A stretch of DNA of 61,161 nucleotides, filler included, from Hausera hauseri (lineage: Eukaryota), in assembly GCA_046269625.1 (NCBI GenBank). It is 12 parts of 12 records of this genome, joined end to end, with 100 filler letters (N's around TTAATTAATTAA, not from the genome) between each part and the next. Parts side by side here need not be neighbours in the genome. Positions count along the whole stretch, not along the records: positions 18,521 to 24,130 come from JBJURY010221186.1; positions 24,231 to 29,347 come from JBJURY010330493.1; positions 29,448 to 35,905 come from JBJURY010098987.1; 9 more parts are not named here. One strand, given 5' to 3'. Below, in pieces: positions 22,569 through 36,005 of this stretch. Position 1 is the first letter of the stretch, and each line of letters begins with the position of its first letter. A program made the translations under genes and the position numbers. Below the pieces are notes generated by a model that was given only the letters and a program-made list of their open reading frames with translations, was not told the DNA's origin and searched no databases.

Positions 22569-24130
22569 AGTAGGGGAAATATGGGATGTCTGCCTCACCC
22601 CTGGGGGGTAATGGATAAAACGATTTTGTACATGTGTCAATCGATAGTGCACACTGTGAACTATATATCGGAAATATTCTAGGCAACGGTACCGCTAGGC
22701 ACCGTTGCTATGCATATTTTTGCACATTTCACAAATTGATCGCTGCGCATTGCACAATTTATCGGATCGATCGGGACAAAGTATTAATCCGTAGTACGCA
22801 TCAGTACACATCGATTAGTGCACAGTGCAGGTGTACAGCACATGTGCAATTGTGAAAAAATTAATAATATCGGATTTCTGATATTTCCGATATTGATGAT
22901 TAGCACATGGCACCGGGTGAAATCGAAAGCACACATATTGCACTGTGTGTATGTGCAGTTAGAATTTAAATATATTGATTCGTTTTCGAATAATTGCCAA
23001 CTGGGACAGAATCCCTACAGGCCTTTCCGATATAAATTGAAAATCAATAATTTTAATATGGAACATATACTGGCGGGTGCAGTACTTGATGTACTTACGA
23101 TCAGTGCAATACTCGAGTGAGGTATGCTCTTGGATACGTTTGCCAAGACACTTTTTACTTTTCACATATTGGTCACTGTGCAGCGTACGATTGATGGAAT
23201 CGATCGTGATCAAGTGCAGATAGATAGAGCACATCGAGATGCACCTTGATATATACTGTGCAGTGCAAAAACACGTGTGCAAGTGTGTAAAAATCAATAT
23301 TATCCGATTTCCCATATTTCCAATATTGATGATTAGGACATATGACCGGATGCATTCGAACACAAATATGGTGCAGTTTATGAATGTGCAGTTAGAATTT
23401 AAATTTATCGAGCCGATTTCGAATAATATCCATCCAAAGTGCAACTGGGACAGACTCCTCATAGGTTTTTTAGGCCCTAAGGGACCAAAATTGGATATTA
23501 TAATTCGCGGGGACGGATAGGAAATCGAATATGTCAATCTCGAATTTCGAGTCGAATATTAGAAATTCAAATGTTTTAACTCGAGTATCGAACTATTCGA
23601 AAAATCTAATAGCCACAATTGATTCCTCATATATGAAACCCCCATTATACATAAAAGTTATTCCATGAAAATGGACTATATAGGTACAAAATCAATATTT
23701 CGAATTAAGCAAAATCTGCATTTAATGCCCAGTGAAGCGGATATAAATAAATCTAATAGCGGACACAGATAGGAAGACATATATGCCGGATCTGAATATG
23801 ATGTTAGATGATCGAATTAGAGCTTACAAGTCGAATACTTAGCTATTCGAACTCGAATATTCGATCAAGCATGCATTATTCGAAGAATCTAATGACATTA
23901 TTCTATTCCCCATGGTTGAAAACCTATTTGAAGTTGGCGCCGCCATGTATTTAATTGATACATTAAAACAAAAGCGCATTAAAACCAATCAATAAGCGAG
24001 ACAGTACATGGTGATATGGCAATATATTTCATTATTTCCAAAATCACTTCAACGAATGGTGATTTTTTTAATTGTGCTCCTCAAAATAATTGGTTGATTT
24101 TTAGATGTGCAAACTTTACAGCCAATGTTT
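22569..24130 (+). mobile_element. Polinton left end: terminal region with two ~433-bp tandem units, running into the start of the pPolB ORF
   Basis: Starts AGTAGGGG. The marker ATGTGCAGTTAGAATTTAAA occurs at 22951 and 23384. 24000-24130 matches the reverse complement of 54700-54827, which precedes pPolB. Confidence 0.8.
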
Positions 24131-24559
24131 NNNNNNNNNNNNNNNNNNNNNNNNNNNNNNNNNNNNNNNNNNNNTTAATTAATTAANNNNNNNNNNNNNN
24201 NNNNNNNNNNNNNNNNNNNNNNNNNNNNNNAAACAAGTAGCAAAAGGCAATTCATTTTTATTGAATATATTTTTGTACAATTCCCGTTAGGATTTAGTAT
24301 TATTTTACGAATAACTTAAAATAGGAAGTAACAGAGATTGATGTCAATTATTCAGTTTCATCGAACACGAATTATTGCAATAAATTTGTACATTCTAAAA
24401 AGGGAAATTTCTCAATTAGGAAAATATCACATTCTCACAATTCTTCAAAAACGGTGTACCACATCAAAATAACGGAGTCGTGAGGGTTAGTGCATGATAG
24501 TGTTATTCACCCGACCTTTTTTTAATTTTTTTGTTCTTTTAATATTAAAAGAACTTGTT

Positions 24560-27500
24560 TTCATACATGGTATCAGACGGACATATTTTCTTGTTGTTAC
24601 ATTAATACGTTTTCTGGCATTTCTTTCATTTTCGAATGCGTAATTCAAAAAGAGCAAAACCGATACAATTTATTTTTACGATTACGGGAGTCTCACAACT
24701 AAAGTCTATGGTAAGTTGGAGCTCCCAAACATTCCTGACCCATTGTCCCCGATAAATTCCAGTACGATACACCTACTTCAATGGATACAAATTTTTCTCA
24801 CAAAAATCATATCAGTATTTCACCACATTGTTCTGAATATTTTATACACAATTAGAAGTCTACCAAAACTTGGTTCCACTTCCATCAACTCTGGGTACAA
24901 TCCATAGGTATTACAGACTCGTTATCCAAAGCCCATAATCTACTTTATCTTCTACCAAATTCTATAATGGCATCAATCCACAACTTACTGGACATCTTTC
25001 AACACTCTGACCCTTATACCCAACTGTTCGATGCTGTGTTAAAACAGACAACACACAATCAACATAATCAATGATAGGCTGAATGACCTTTCTTTACATC
25101 GACGGAATGCTCACTCATCTCATCGAATACGCTCTCCTTCCAGAAATCGGACACCGTCACCAACTCGGTCATTCATATGTTATTACCATAACAAATTTAA
25201 CAAAGCAAATAAGTGCTGTTTATGGTGTAGATATTATTCATCGAATCTACACTCGGATAACATATTTGAATCTATCACGCAAAATTCGGATCTAGTGCTC
25301 GAAATTGTGTCTCAAGTTGTAACTATAAAACTAATAATAACTACACCACTGATAAACATTCCAGTTTCTCTCAAAATAGCCGTTTTAACTCACCAATCCA
25401 AAAAAAGCGATTCCGCCTCCAGTATTATCGGCAGATCCTGGAAATAGCAACTTATCTAATTCCTTTTGCCGACACATTTCATTTGCAGTCTTCACACTAA
25501 AAGCTGCTATCTCTAATCATAACATTCAATTTATAGATTTTCTTATTGATACTGGCGCATTGATTTCACTACTACCACTTTCTTTTCCAGTTCAACATTC
25601 CTCATCTAAAATAAAACCTTTATACACGGCATCTGGTCAACCTCTTCGTATTGCCGGAACTTGCAAATTATCTTTCACTCTACCAAACTTTTCTTCTCCA
25701 TTTCATTGAACGTTCATAGTAGCCAACGTCCAGACGGCAATATGTAACTCAGATTTCCCTTCGCACTACAACTTGCTAGTCTATTGTAACCGACGCTGCC
25801 TGAAAGTAAATACACGTGTAGACCGTAGCACAGGTATAGACATCATCCCAACAACATCACAGGCAACAGTAAGTAAGCAATCTATTTTAAAACAGCCAAC
25901 ACCTCGTCCTAATTCCAATAACTATAACAATTTACACCATAACCTTCTAAAGGACAATGTCAATAGCCAATCAGAGCTCAATGTCGACACCGAACATTTA
26001 GTATTTTTGTAAAATCATTGAACAATAACACTTATTCAAACACAGTTTTGGACCCGACCATCCTACTCCAAACTCCACTTGATTCCTCATCAACAATCAA
26101 TCACCATGTACCAATTATTACTAACAACCTCGGTTCATCTCCAGTTACAACATTCCAGCAACTATCCGCAAGTTACAAAACAATTCGTACATACTTCCTG
26201 TTTTCGTACACTTCAGAAAGATAGGAATTTCATCCAAGTAAACAGCATTTACCACCATATAATTACAAGACATCAAAGACCAATTAGACAAAAATTCCGT
26301 CCATTATCACCGCGACTTAGACAGGCAGTAGAAGCTCAATTTATGGAACTCGAACAATCAGGTATCGTCCCCAGATCTAAATCATCATGGTCTTCGCGTC
26401 TCCACGTTGTACAAAAAAGATGGATCCTTCCGACCATGCGGCGATTACAGCCAACTTGATACTTTAACCACAATGGACGCATATCCACTACCATTAATCA
26501 AAGACATATTACATCAACTTAATACTACTTCAGTTTATTCGACAATCGATTTAGCCAAAGCTTAGCACCAAATTCCTGTCGCACCGGAAGACATTGAGAA
26601 AATTGCAGTCACCACACCTTTTGGTCTTCATGAGTACTTGTATATGCCTTTTGGTCTCCGGAATGCCGCACAGACTTTTCAGCGACAAATCGATTCCATA
26701 CTTTCAGATTTTACCTTTGCGCATCCATATATTGACGATATCTTGGTTGCCTCTTCATCAGGTAAACAATACCAAGGACATCTACGATCCATCTTCAAAC
26801 GCCTTAACCATTTCAATCTACATATCAATTTTGCGAAATGAAATTCCTTTCAAAAAGGCGTTAATTTCCTCAGACATATTATCACATCAAACGGCCATTC
26901 ACCTCAGCCTGATCGAGTTGAGACTCTTAAAAATATCCAACTACATACGGCAACCACAGAAATGCGCAGTTTCCTTGGTACTTTGCATTTTGTCCACAAA
27001 TATATTCCATATTGTTCAGAACTCATGGTACCTTTTGCACACTTAAGAGGAGGATAAAAACATCAGAAAATCATGTGGACACCTCAACTAGTTAATGACT
27101 TTGACAGGTTACGTGAAGGACTAAAGATTGTTGAAATACTTGCATTTCCTAAACCTGACGCTAAGTTAATTTTAACTACAAATGCATCGAACATTGCAGT
27201 AGGTGCTGTACTACACCAGCTATACAAAGGAGAAAATCAACCGCTAGAATTTTTTTCCCGAAAATTAACGCCTCCAGAAACCAGATATTCAACTTTCGAT
27301 CGGGACATGTTAGCAATAGTCCTCACTTTAAGGCATTTTTCTTATTTACTTACAGACCGCCGTTTTGTTACACAGACAGATCATAAGCCGCTGATTAATA
27401 TAATGACTATGAAACATCCTTCAACACGACAAGAACGGCAAATTTCATATTTGTCCACATTCAACTTTGACATCAAATATATCGACGGTGTTGACAATCT

Positions 27501-29347
27501 AGCTGCCGATTTCCTACCCAGATCAGTCGGTTCGATCAATTTTTCGCCAATCTTCACTCAGATAAGGCTACAGGAAAATCACCCATCGCAAGATTTTCTC
27601 AAATCGTTAAAATCTCATCAGATAATCGACCGTGTGGCCTTAGATACTTCCAAACCAGGACAATACAAAATTATTCTTTGTCCATCTTTACACAAACAAG
27701 CATTCCATAATGTACATTCGTTACATCATCCTGGTGCCAAAGCAACTTTTCATTTACTTCAACGACAAACAGTGTGGCCAACCATGCGCTCCGATGTGCA
27801 AGCATGGGTTAAAGAGTGCGCGCCTTGTCAAAAATATAAAACAATAAAACATCTAAAACCTCCATTGTACCACTTTCCACGCACATCACGCTTTGAAACT
27901 GTATATATTGATATCGTCGGTCCTCTCTCAATAGACAACGGACACCAATTTATTCTGAACATGATGGACAGGGCCTCACGATGACCGGAAGCCATTCCAC
28001 TGCGGCGCACAAACACTGACACAATAGCCAATACTTTCATCCGTACGTGGATTAGTAGATTCGAATCCACTCGTTACATCATTACGGATCAAGGCTCTCA
28101 ATTCGAATCAAATCTGTTCAAATCTCTAGTCAACCGATTAGGTATAAGTCATATTCATACTACACCCTATCATCCAAAAGCAAATCGCCTGCTCGAACGT
28201 TTCCACCAAACCCTGAATACATCACTTCGAATCCTTGCGCAGTCAAACACCAATTAGACTACACTTCTATCGTTCGTCCTGCTTGGCTGGCGATACATTC
28301 CGTCCACTTCCACAGGATGTTCACCAACTGAAGCATTATTCGGAACTCCCGTACGGTCATTGTTCAAATTAATCGTTTTAGAGGAGACTCCTACAGACAA
28401 GAGGATACGAGCAGCTCAGGATCATTTTGTTACAATCAGCAAAGATTCGTTTTGAAGGCTCTTACACAATGACAAATCTTACATACCCGAAGACTTATAC
28501 TCAGCAAAGTTTGTATGGTTAAAAAACCAGACACCTTGCGGTTTCCACCCACAGTACTTAGGACCATATAAATTAATACAACTACACTCACATAATGATG
28601 TTATCCTCAAAGACGGAATAGAAGTTGTAATGCATTTCACTAATTTAAAACCAGTCTTTTACGTAGACGATACATCACCAACGGAATCATCAACCTCATT
28701 CTTCACACCTATTACCAACTCTACCTCGACTTTGATTCCCCAGTCCACCACATATCATCCCGCTACTACCGTCCCTGTGCCTACACTGTCACCTATCAAT
28801 TTCAAACCTACCTCCATCTTGACATTTCCATCTACCCCTACTTTGATCACTATTGCCGATCCGCACTCAACTGTTACACCTTCTCCTTTTTCTACACCAC
28901 CTTTCAATTAGTCACCTGCTCAAACTACAGCAAAAACGGGTATAATCTACCTACAGTCGTTTCTCCATTACCTTTTATATTAACTTCCCCAGCAAAAACA
29001 TCCAATAACACTGAAACTGAATTTTTTTAATAAACCCTACAAGCGGCCGACACTACAGTGAAGGTATGTCTCAAATCCGTTACTTTCAGTAACTATAGCA
29101 GAGAATTAAACAACGAAGGAGTACAACGCCTCGTACGCACAAAAACTCATTAGACAAATTTTGTTTGTCCTTAGAACTTTCTTTCAGTCTTTTCTTTTAA
29201 GTTCTCAACTCAGCTACTGGGGGTATTGTAGTGCTACTACTGTTATTTTGATTTTATTTCCTGCATTCAACAGGAGTAGCAACAATGTTATTATGACATA
29301 GTAACTTCGTGGTTTTCAAAACTGTATTGTCATTGTATGGAGTTTTT
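24560..29347 (+). mobile_element. Near full-length degenerate Gypsy (CsRn1-like) element
   Basis: Candidate PBS TGGTATCAGA at 24568, gag with double CHCC, FLIDTGA protease, YIDDILV RT, RNase H/IN ORF 27073-27984 (HH-CC, IDIVGP, TDQG, ERFH), and G-rich tract plus TG LTR start near 29218-29230. Confidence 0.94.
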
Positions 29348-29447
29348 NNNNNNNNNNNNNNNNNNNNNNNNNNNNNNNNNNNNNNNNNNNNTTAATTAAT
29401 TAANNNNNNNNNNNNNNNNNNNNNNNNNNNNNNNNNNNNNNNNNNNN

Positions 29448-32400
29448 CACCAGCTTTATGGGCTGGAATGTGGGTACCATGATGTTCTAGTGGAATTTGT
29501 ACATCAGTTTCTTTGACAGGTCTAGTATTGCCATACACACATATATGAGCTTACTGAATTGCAAGCATGTTTTCAGCATATGGATGCTGACCACGTTCTC
29601 CGCATATATGGTGCTTCTGTGGAAATTTGGCTTGGCAATGAGCTTCTTTACCCGCTTCCACTCACAGACCAACTTGATGTTGATACTGTTGCGGATATTC
29701 TCCATCGTCTTGCCAAAAACGCTGTTATTATATAGCTTAAATTTATCCCTTTTCTAAATCTTTTTTGAATTAGCCCTTAGCTTCATATTGAGTTCTATGT
29801 AAGGCTGCAGCCAGAGGGACTGGCTGAACTACAGGGCCCGGTGGATGTTCGTAATGCAGAGTTCATTCCTGATTGCTTACTGGAGATTAATGTAGTGAAC
29901 TACACACCTCTCCCTACTACCAAGATGATAGAGTAGCTTTCTATGCTTTCCATGGGGTGGAGGCTTGCTCTCAGGGAGGAAAGTCAGTTGTTCATGCCTT
30001 GTATGGATGCTATGTGCATATTCAACATCCACCTCAACTATGTATCTCGTATTTCCAGTGGGATCCAGGTCCAGTATAAGGATGTCTTTAAGATGCTCGA
30101 CCACTTGAAATCATCATACGGCAATGGGGTGCTCACTGCCCATCTATATAAGTTGTTGGCATCTAGGTAAGCATTATATGAAGACGCCTTTGCTGGGTCA
30201 TATTCAGCCATATATTTGTTGTTGACCTCACTATACCGATGAATGATCTGGCATATTCCGCTACTAATGCCTCTCTCGATCATGAGGATCATGTAATTCT
30301 TTATGATTTGCAGACGGACACCTCTATATCTTAGCATTGCTGCCCAGCTTATTCCTGGAGCCGTAAAGAAGTGAGCTGTATCCAATGCATGGATTTTTAT
30401 CTTAACATCCCTGAAGCTCTCAAAGACATCCGTCAGCAGCAGCATGTCCGTCTTGAAGTATATATCGCAGTATTCTCCAATTGTTCTGCATTGGAATGCA
30501 TGCCAGACATTTTGGGCATGCTGATAGTCAGAATCGTTGATATGGCTGTCCGATAGCTGGCTATAAAAGCTCCCATTGTCCGGCAACGAGGTCTCATTCA
30601 GTGTTTCCCATGATGTGATGTAATCATAGGGAAACACTTCCTTCCTTCTGACCAGGTTAAATGTAGTGGGGAAGAGCCGCTTTGTCACCTTGAGTTCTTC
30701 TGCAGGGAGGTTCTTCACTAAACTGTCAAGTAAAGACGACATGAAACAAAAACTGTCTACGAAGCTAAGCCTGATTTTTCCAACATGTTTGATAAATGCG
30801 ACGTATTTTTCTTCACTGTTTGGAATCACATCAATGTTTCCTTCAACGTTTCACAATTCTCTGATTATAAAATGGGAATCATAGCCACTGAGATTCTGGA
30901 ATACCATGGAGACACATGTACATGTTTTGCAACGTAGATTGCAGTTATTGCATGCCGCGCCTCAATATATGCCTGTAAAATGGCAATGATCTCTGACTTT
31001 CCAATTCTCCTCTATGAAGGATTGCCACACAAGTAACATTCAATTGCCTTGCACAATTCTTCTTGCTTCTTTGACATGCGTATGTTATGCTTATACTGCT
31101 GCAACATATCTCCAAGCCTATGATCCATGTCTTCAAGTCGTTCCATGAAATGTACTGCTGCATTTGGACCCCTGAAAAGATATGGTTCATTGTCCAGTCC
31201 TTTGGCATACATACAATATGATAAGAGTTTATGATATTGGCATGTCGTTGTGCTGCTATGTTGTGGATTGAGTTTGCAACTCTAAACTGGACGCAGAGTC
31301 GCTTTAAATTTGAAAAAGATGACTATTGGATCTTTATCGTCTTCTCGAATGCCTTGAATTCAATGTAATCCTTTTTGGGAAATTCTGGCCTGATACAATA
31401 ATTGTCGTTGCAATATATCTCCATCTGTCGGCTGCTGCATCGCTTACAGATCTCTATTCTTCCATGATTTGTTGTTATTTGGGATCTTATTAGGCGTCCA
31501 AAGTTCTTTATCCAGATGAAATGCTTCTTTTCACCATCATCTATTTGGAGCATCACGTATCTGCAGTGGATAGAATTTGTCCTCCTCATCGAAAGATATT
31601 GATTGATATTTTGTTGAGTTGTATTATATTGTATATTATTTTTGACTTTATCTATGGGTGGAGGAAACGTGATGTATTGGAAGTCATAATTGTGCTGCAG
31701 ATCCTTATATAGCCAAATTCAATCTGCTGCATGTTTTTAATCCCGTACAAGTTTACATAGAATAAAATACATGAAACACTTGTGGTCATTATTATGGACA
31801 TTAATGCATGCGTTTTTTTGCGAAATCCATTCAGGCAGCTGAATATGTGAAATGTATCGCATGAGGAAATACTTGTGCACATGCACACGCCGTCTCTTGA
31901 TGGCTTTCAGGGTCCTGCTGCTTTTCTTATCCTGGCTCTCCCCAGCTTCATGGATCAGCTTCCTGTGTTCCTCATGTAACCATTCTGCTATATTGGGTGG
32001 CTTCCAATATGGGCCTATTTTCGGTCTTGAAGGCCCTATTGGCCTCCAGTTTCATACTGACCTTAAGGGCTTTGAGCTCCGCCATGTTGTCCTGAAGAAT
32101 CCCTATTGTTTCTTCCTTGGTGTGTTCTAGAAACTCATGAAGGGTGTTTGACCAGTTTCTGCAATAATATAGCTGCTCGCTTTTTTCTTTAATGCTGCAG
32201 TATCAACTTGCCGCTGTCATTGGCTTTTTGGTGGAGCATCTGAAATATCTGCTGCTACGCGTTTTAGTCCTGAATCGAGCTTTGCTGCTACTGCCCCATC
32301 AGGCTGTACTGCTGCATCTAGCTTTGCTGACGCAGCAGGCAGTTCTGCTACGACTAGCTTATGCTGCTTATTAAAGATGGTCTTCTTTGATTTCCTTGAA

Positions 32401-32860
32401 GTCTGTTAAATGGACAATATGATCTTCATAAAACGGAATGTATTCTCCATCACATATAGTCTCATATCCTGGGCAAATATTATAGAGAATCCTGTTGGAT
32501 TTGTATCCACAGTAGTTCCTCATGGTATTATGACAGTTCTGAGGGTTGTGTATTGCACATGTGCAATATATGTACGAACTGCCACTTTGAATTTCTTTAG
32601 GCATGAAAGTCATTATTAACTTATTCGTAATGAATATTTGTTTTTTCGACTTGGTGAAGGAAATCAGGTGTTGTTTATGGGCATTGCAAAAGTCTTCATA
32701 TCTGGTCTGGCACACTACCTCATATGTAGGGCATATATAATACTTAGTCTTGTTGTAAAGATGACTAAAATATTTTTTCATTACATTATAGCAAGTTTTG
32801 TGCTCGTCAATTTGAGCCATACAACCTCTGTATATTTTGCAAATATAAAAATTAACCAAT
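29448..32860 (-). pseudogene. polB: Polinton protein-primed DNA polymerase B pseudogene with long N-terminal extension
   Basis: QNLSGYDSHFII, FVDSFCFMSS.LDSLV, RKEVFPYDY, YLDANNLY, NSVFGKTMENIR. Multiple stops and frameshifts. Confidence 0.93.
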
Positions 32861-33049
32861 TATTTGAGGATTACAAATAAACATTTCACAGTTCGTGGAA
32901 GTAATTTTGTAAATAACAAAACATAGCCATATCAACGCATACTTTCTCATTTATGGGTTTCTTAAATTTTGAATTTACTGACTTTCACTTATTTTTTGAA
33001 CATTCTAAAAAATTTTGTTTTAATGCATCAAATAACTTAAATTCATGTT

Positions 33050-33889
33050 GGCGCCAAATTTAAAAGGTTTTCACGCATGGAAAATCGAAGGACGTCATTA
33101 GATTCTTCGAATAATGCATGCTTGACTGCGTTTTCGAGTTCGAATAGCTAAGTATTCGACTTTTAAGCTCAAATTTGAATATCTAACGTCATATTCCAAT
33201 TCAACATACATGACTTCTTATCTGTGCCGCTATTAGATTTATCGATATCCGCTTCACTGGGTTTTAAATACAGATTTTGCTTTATTCGAAATATTGATTT
33301 TTTATCTATATAGTATATTTTCAAGGAATTATTTTGATGCTTGAGGGGTATTTGGACATGTGGAATCGATTTCCCTTCTTAGATTTTTCAAAAAGTCCGA
33401 AGTTCGATATTCGAGCCAAAAAATGTTCGAATTTCGAAAATTCTGCTCGATATTCGAGATCTCCATACTGAGTTTCCTATCTGTCTCCATTGAATGTAAT
33501 ATCGATTTTTTATTCCTTAGGGCGAATAAACCTATGTACCTTCGGTCCCAGTTGCACTTGGGGTCGATATTATTCGAAATTCACTCGATCTATATAAATT
33601 CTAATTGCACATTCGCATAGTGCATCACATTTGCTATCCATTGCACCTGGTACCATGTGCTAATCATCAATATTGGAAATATCGGAAATCCGAAATTATT
33701 GATTTTTCACACTTGCACTTTGTGCTAATCGATTTGTTTAGTAGTGCAATTTTGGGCGATCGACAAGTGAAGTGTGCAAAAATATGCTTAGCAACGATGC
33801 CTATCGGCACTGTTGCCTGGCACATTACAGATAGATAGTGCACAGGGTGCACTATCGATTAGCACATGTGGATTATCAATTTATCGACG
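33050..33889 (-). repeat. Polinton terminal region upstream of pPolB (single internal unit; outermost ~45 bp missing)
   Basis: Reverse complement aligns with about 22610-23950. Confidence 0.78.
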
Positions 33890-34087
33890 AAGATTGACTT
33901 CAGTGATTATGCGAGAGTTCTGCAGGCGCAGACTCACATAATATCAGAGATGCGAAGAATCCAGTCTAGGGATTATAACATTGAGACAGTAAAGCTGCAG
34001 AAGGACAGCCTAGATTGGAGGGATGACAAGAGACAGATCCTAGAAGATGAAATCCAAACAATATCTCACGGGTATGTTGCATTGTGA
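33890..34087 (+). pseudogene. polB: C-terminal fragment of another pPolB
   Basis: MRRIQSRDYNIETVKLQKDSLDWRDDKRQILEDEIQTISHGY, the conserved DDKR...T..HGY end of Polinton pPolB. Confidence 0.85.
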
Positions 34088-34261
34088 ATATGTAAATAGA
34101 TTTTTTGTATTGTTTTTTTTACGATGTTTTGTATTGTTGTATCAGTAAATCTTGCTCAAAAATCGTGTTGTGTTTTTAATTAAGTCATTAGAGATGTTGG
34201 GTAAGGCCAATTAATTAAATACTATATAGGTCAAATAAAACTATACAAGTATTTTCATAAC

Positions 34262-34782
34262 GCATTTATTTTATAGCAATATAACTTTGACATAGCGATA
34301 AACACTTTTTATAAGCAGAATATGAACCATGTTCATTATAAATACATGTAATTTTTTTTGGCATAGCTACCAAAGATGCCACATTCATACGTTCATATTC
34401 GTAATTCCGGAAATGTACTGCTAAATATCTTCTTTCGATCATCAGCATGGTCCTTGCCATAGAACGTGGCCTCATGTATGTCATATATAGTCTCAATGTC
34501 TTTCATGCGGCGATTTCTACAAAACAGGTATTATATTCATCCGACGTCAGTTTGTGATGATACTGCGTCAGATAGGCATTTGTTGCTTATGTCTTGTCTG
34601 TGCAGCAATGTATTTTAGGCCTAAAATAGTATATGTTATTTCGTATGTACTAAAATTCACTTAGGCGATACACAAAGTAATGGATTAAACATATTCTCTA
34701 CTGACATTATACAGAATTCCTTAATCATGTATTCATTTGTATTATCCACAAATCCCTCCAAGTCAATAAAACAGATAGACAT
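34262..34782 (-). pseudogene. Polinton-associated DEDD-like exonuclease ORF, disrupted
   Basis: Starts MSICFIDLEGFVDNTNEYMIKEFC (ExoI-like D-x-E). C-terminal C..H..(C)A segment in ORF 34266-34496. Confidence 0.55.
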
Positions 34783-34828
34783 TTTTAACAACATTTATCA
34801 ACACAACAATAACAACGTTTATAACATT

Positions 34829-35165
34829 TTATCTACATTGACGTCTAAGCCAGTTCGCACAATAATTCCCACGTAGAAATGACAATGGATGTTGATACAT
34901 AATGTCATTGTATGTGACAGGTTGTCTCATACGTTCCAATTTCGTCACCAGTGGTGATGGGTAATACATACCAAGTGGATCAAATACTTTAACATTATCT
35001 GGTGAAACATGTATTGCTATCCAATGTTCTCCTGGTAAATTAGCAGAATGTGTATTAGTTACATATCCTCCATTGATCAGATATTCGGGAACTTTATCCA
35101 AAGGATATACTCCACGGAGATTTCGGAGTCTGCCCAAGGTCTTTTCAATCTGAAATGTACTGCAT
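34829..35165 (-). CDS. Adenain-type cysteine protease (capsid maturation protease), catalytic Cys apparently mutated to Arg
   Basis: GVYPLD, VTNTH...PGEHWIAI, FDPLG, Q.PLSFLRGNYC (expected CG.YC). Confidence 0.9.
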
Positions 35166-35219
35166 GTATAAATTATATAATTCCATAAAACTTACTTCAT
35201 ATCAACATCCAACAATATT

Positions 35220-35905
35220 TACTAGTAATGTTTATGCAATTTTAATCCACCTTTTCGAATTTGTATTTCACTATCGAAAAGTCCATGTGCATATATTGTA
35301 ACAGCATTTTCTAATGCCTTGTCGAATCTTAAATCTAATTTCCAATTGCCTGTTCCTGGCATTTATGGCTGATCAATATCAAAATCCGACGCAAAAACAA
35401 ATGTAAAGAACAAATACTTTCCTTTGAATTCATCCATAGAGATGCAATTATTCATATTTTTATTCTCAAGTCCCATGTTTAGTATTATTGACCCATAACA
35501 TGCTTCAGCAAAGTTATTCTTTTCAAAGTCTACTCTATATCTATCCCTATAGTCAATTCCTGGAAATAGGGTAAGGGAACTAATATTGAAGTGATCAGAT
35601 GCTGAACAGTATAGGTGTATTCACCACTGACTTTACTACTAGTCTGAAATGTTACCAGTACGAATTTTGGTAGACGTTCATCACCAAATAGATTGTCCTT
35701 GTATTCGCCATGTGATCCCTTGGAAATTAAAAACTGAACTATTTTTGCTCTTCGTTTGGGATACATGGCATTTTAACTATCAAGATCCAATGTATGGACC
35801 ATTCTCACAGATTCCTGAGAATGAACACGTTGTATCAGTAATTTAGCCTCCATAACGTCTGTATGTCACTTTATTTCCGTTTCAATACCACTCTTTGCAT
35901 AATGA
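35220..35905 (-). pseudogene. Polinton major capsid protein, C-terminal half
   Basis: EAKLLIQRV..SV..H..L..NAMYP, DNLFGDERLPKFVLVTF, GNWKLDLRFDKALENAVTI. Located next to adenain. Confidence 0.85.
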
Positions 35906-36005
35906 NNNNNNNNNNNNNNNNNNNNNNNNNNNNNNNNNNNNNNNNNNNNTTAATTAATTAANNNNNNNNNNNNNNNNNNNNNNNNNNNNNNNNNNNNNNN
36001 NNNNN

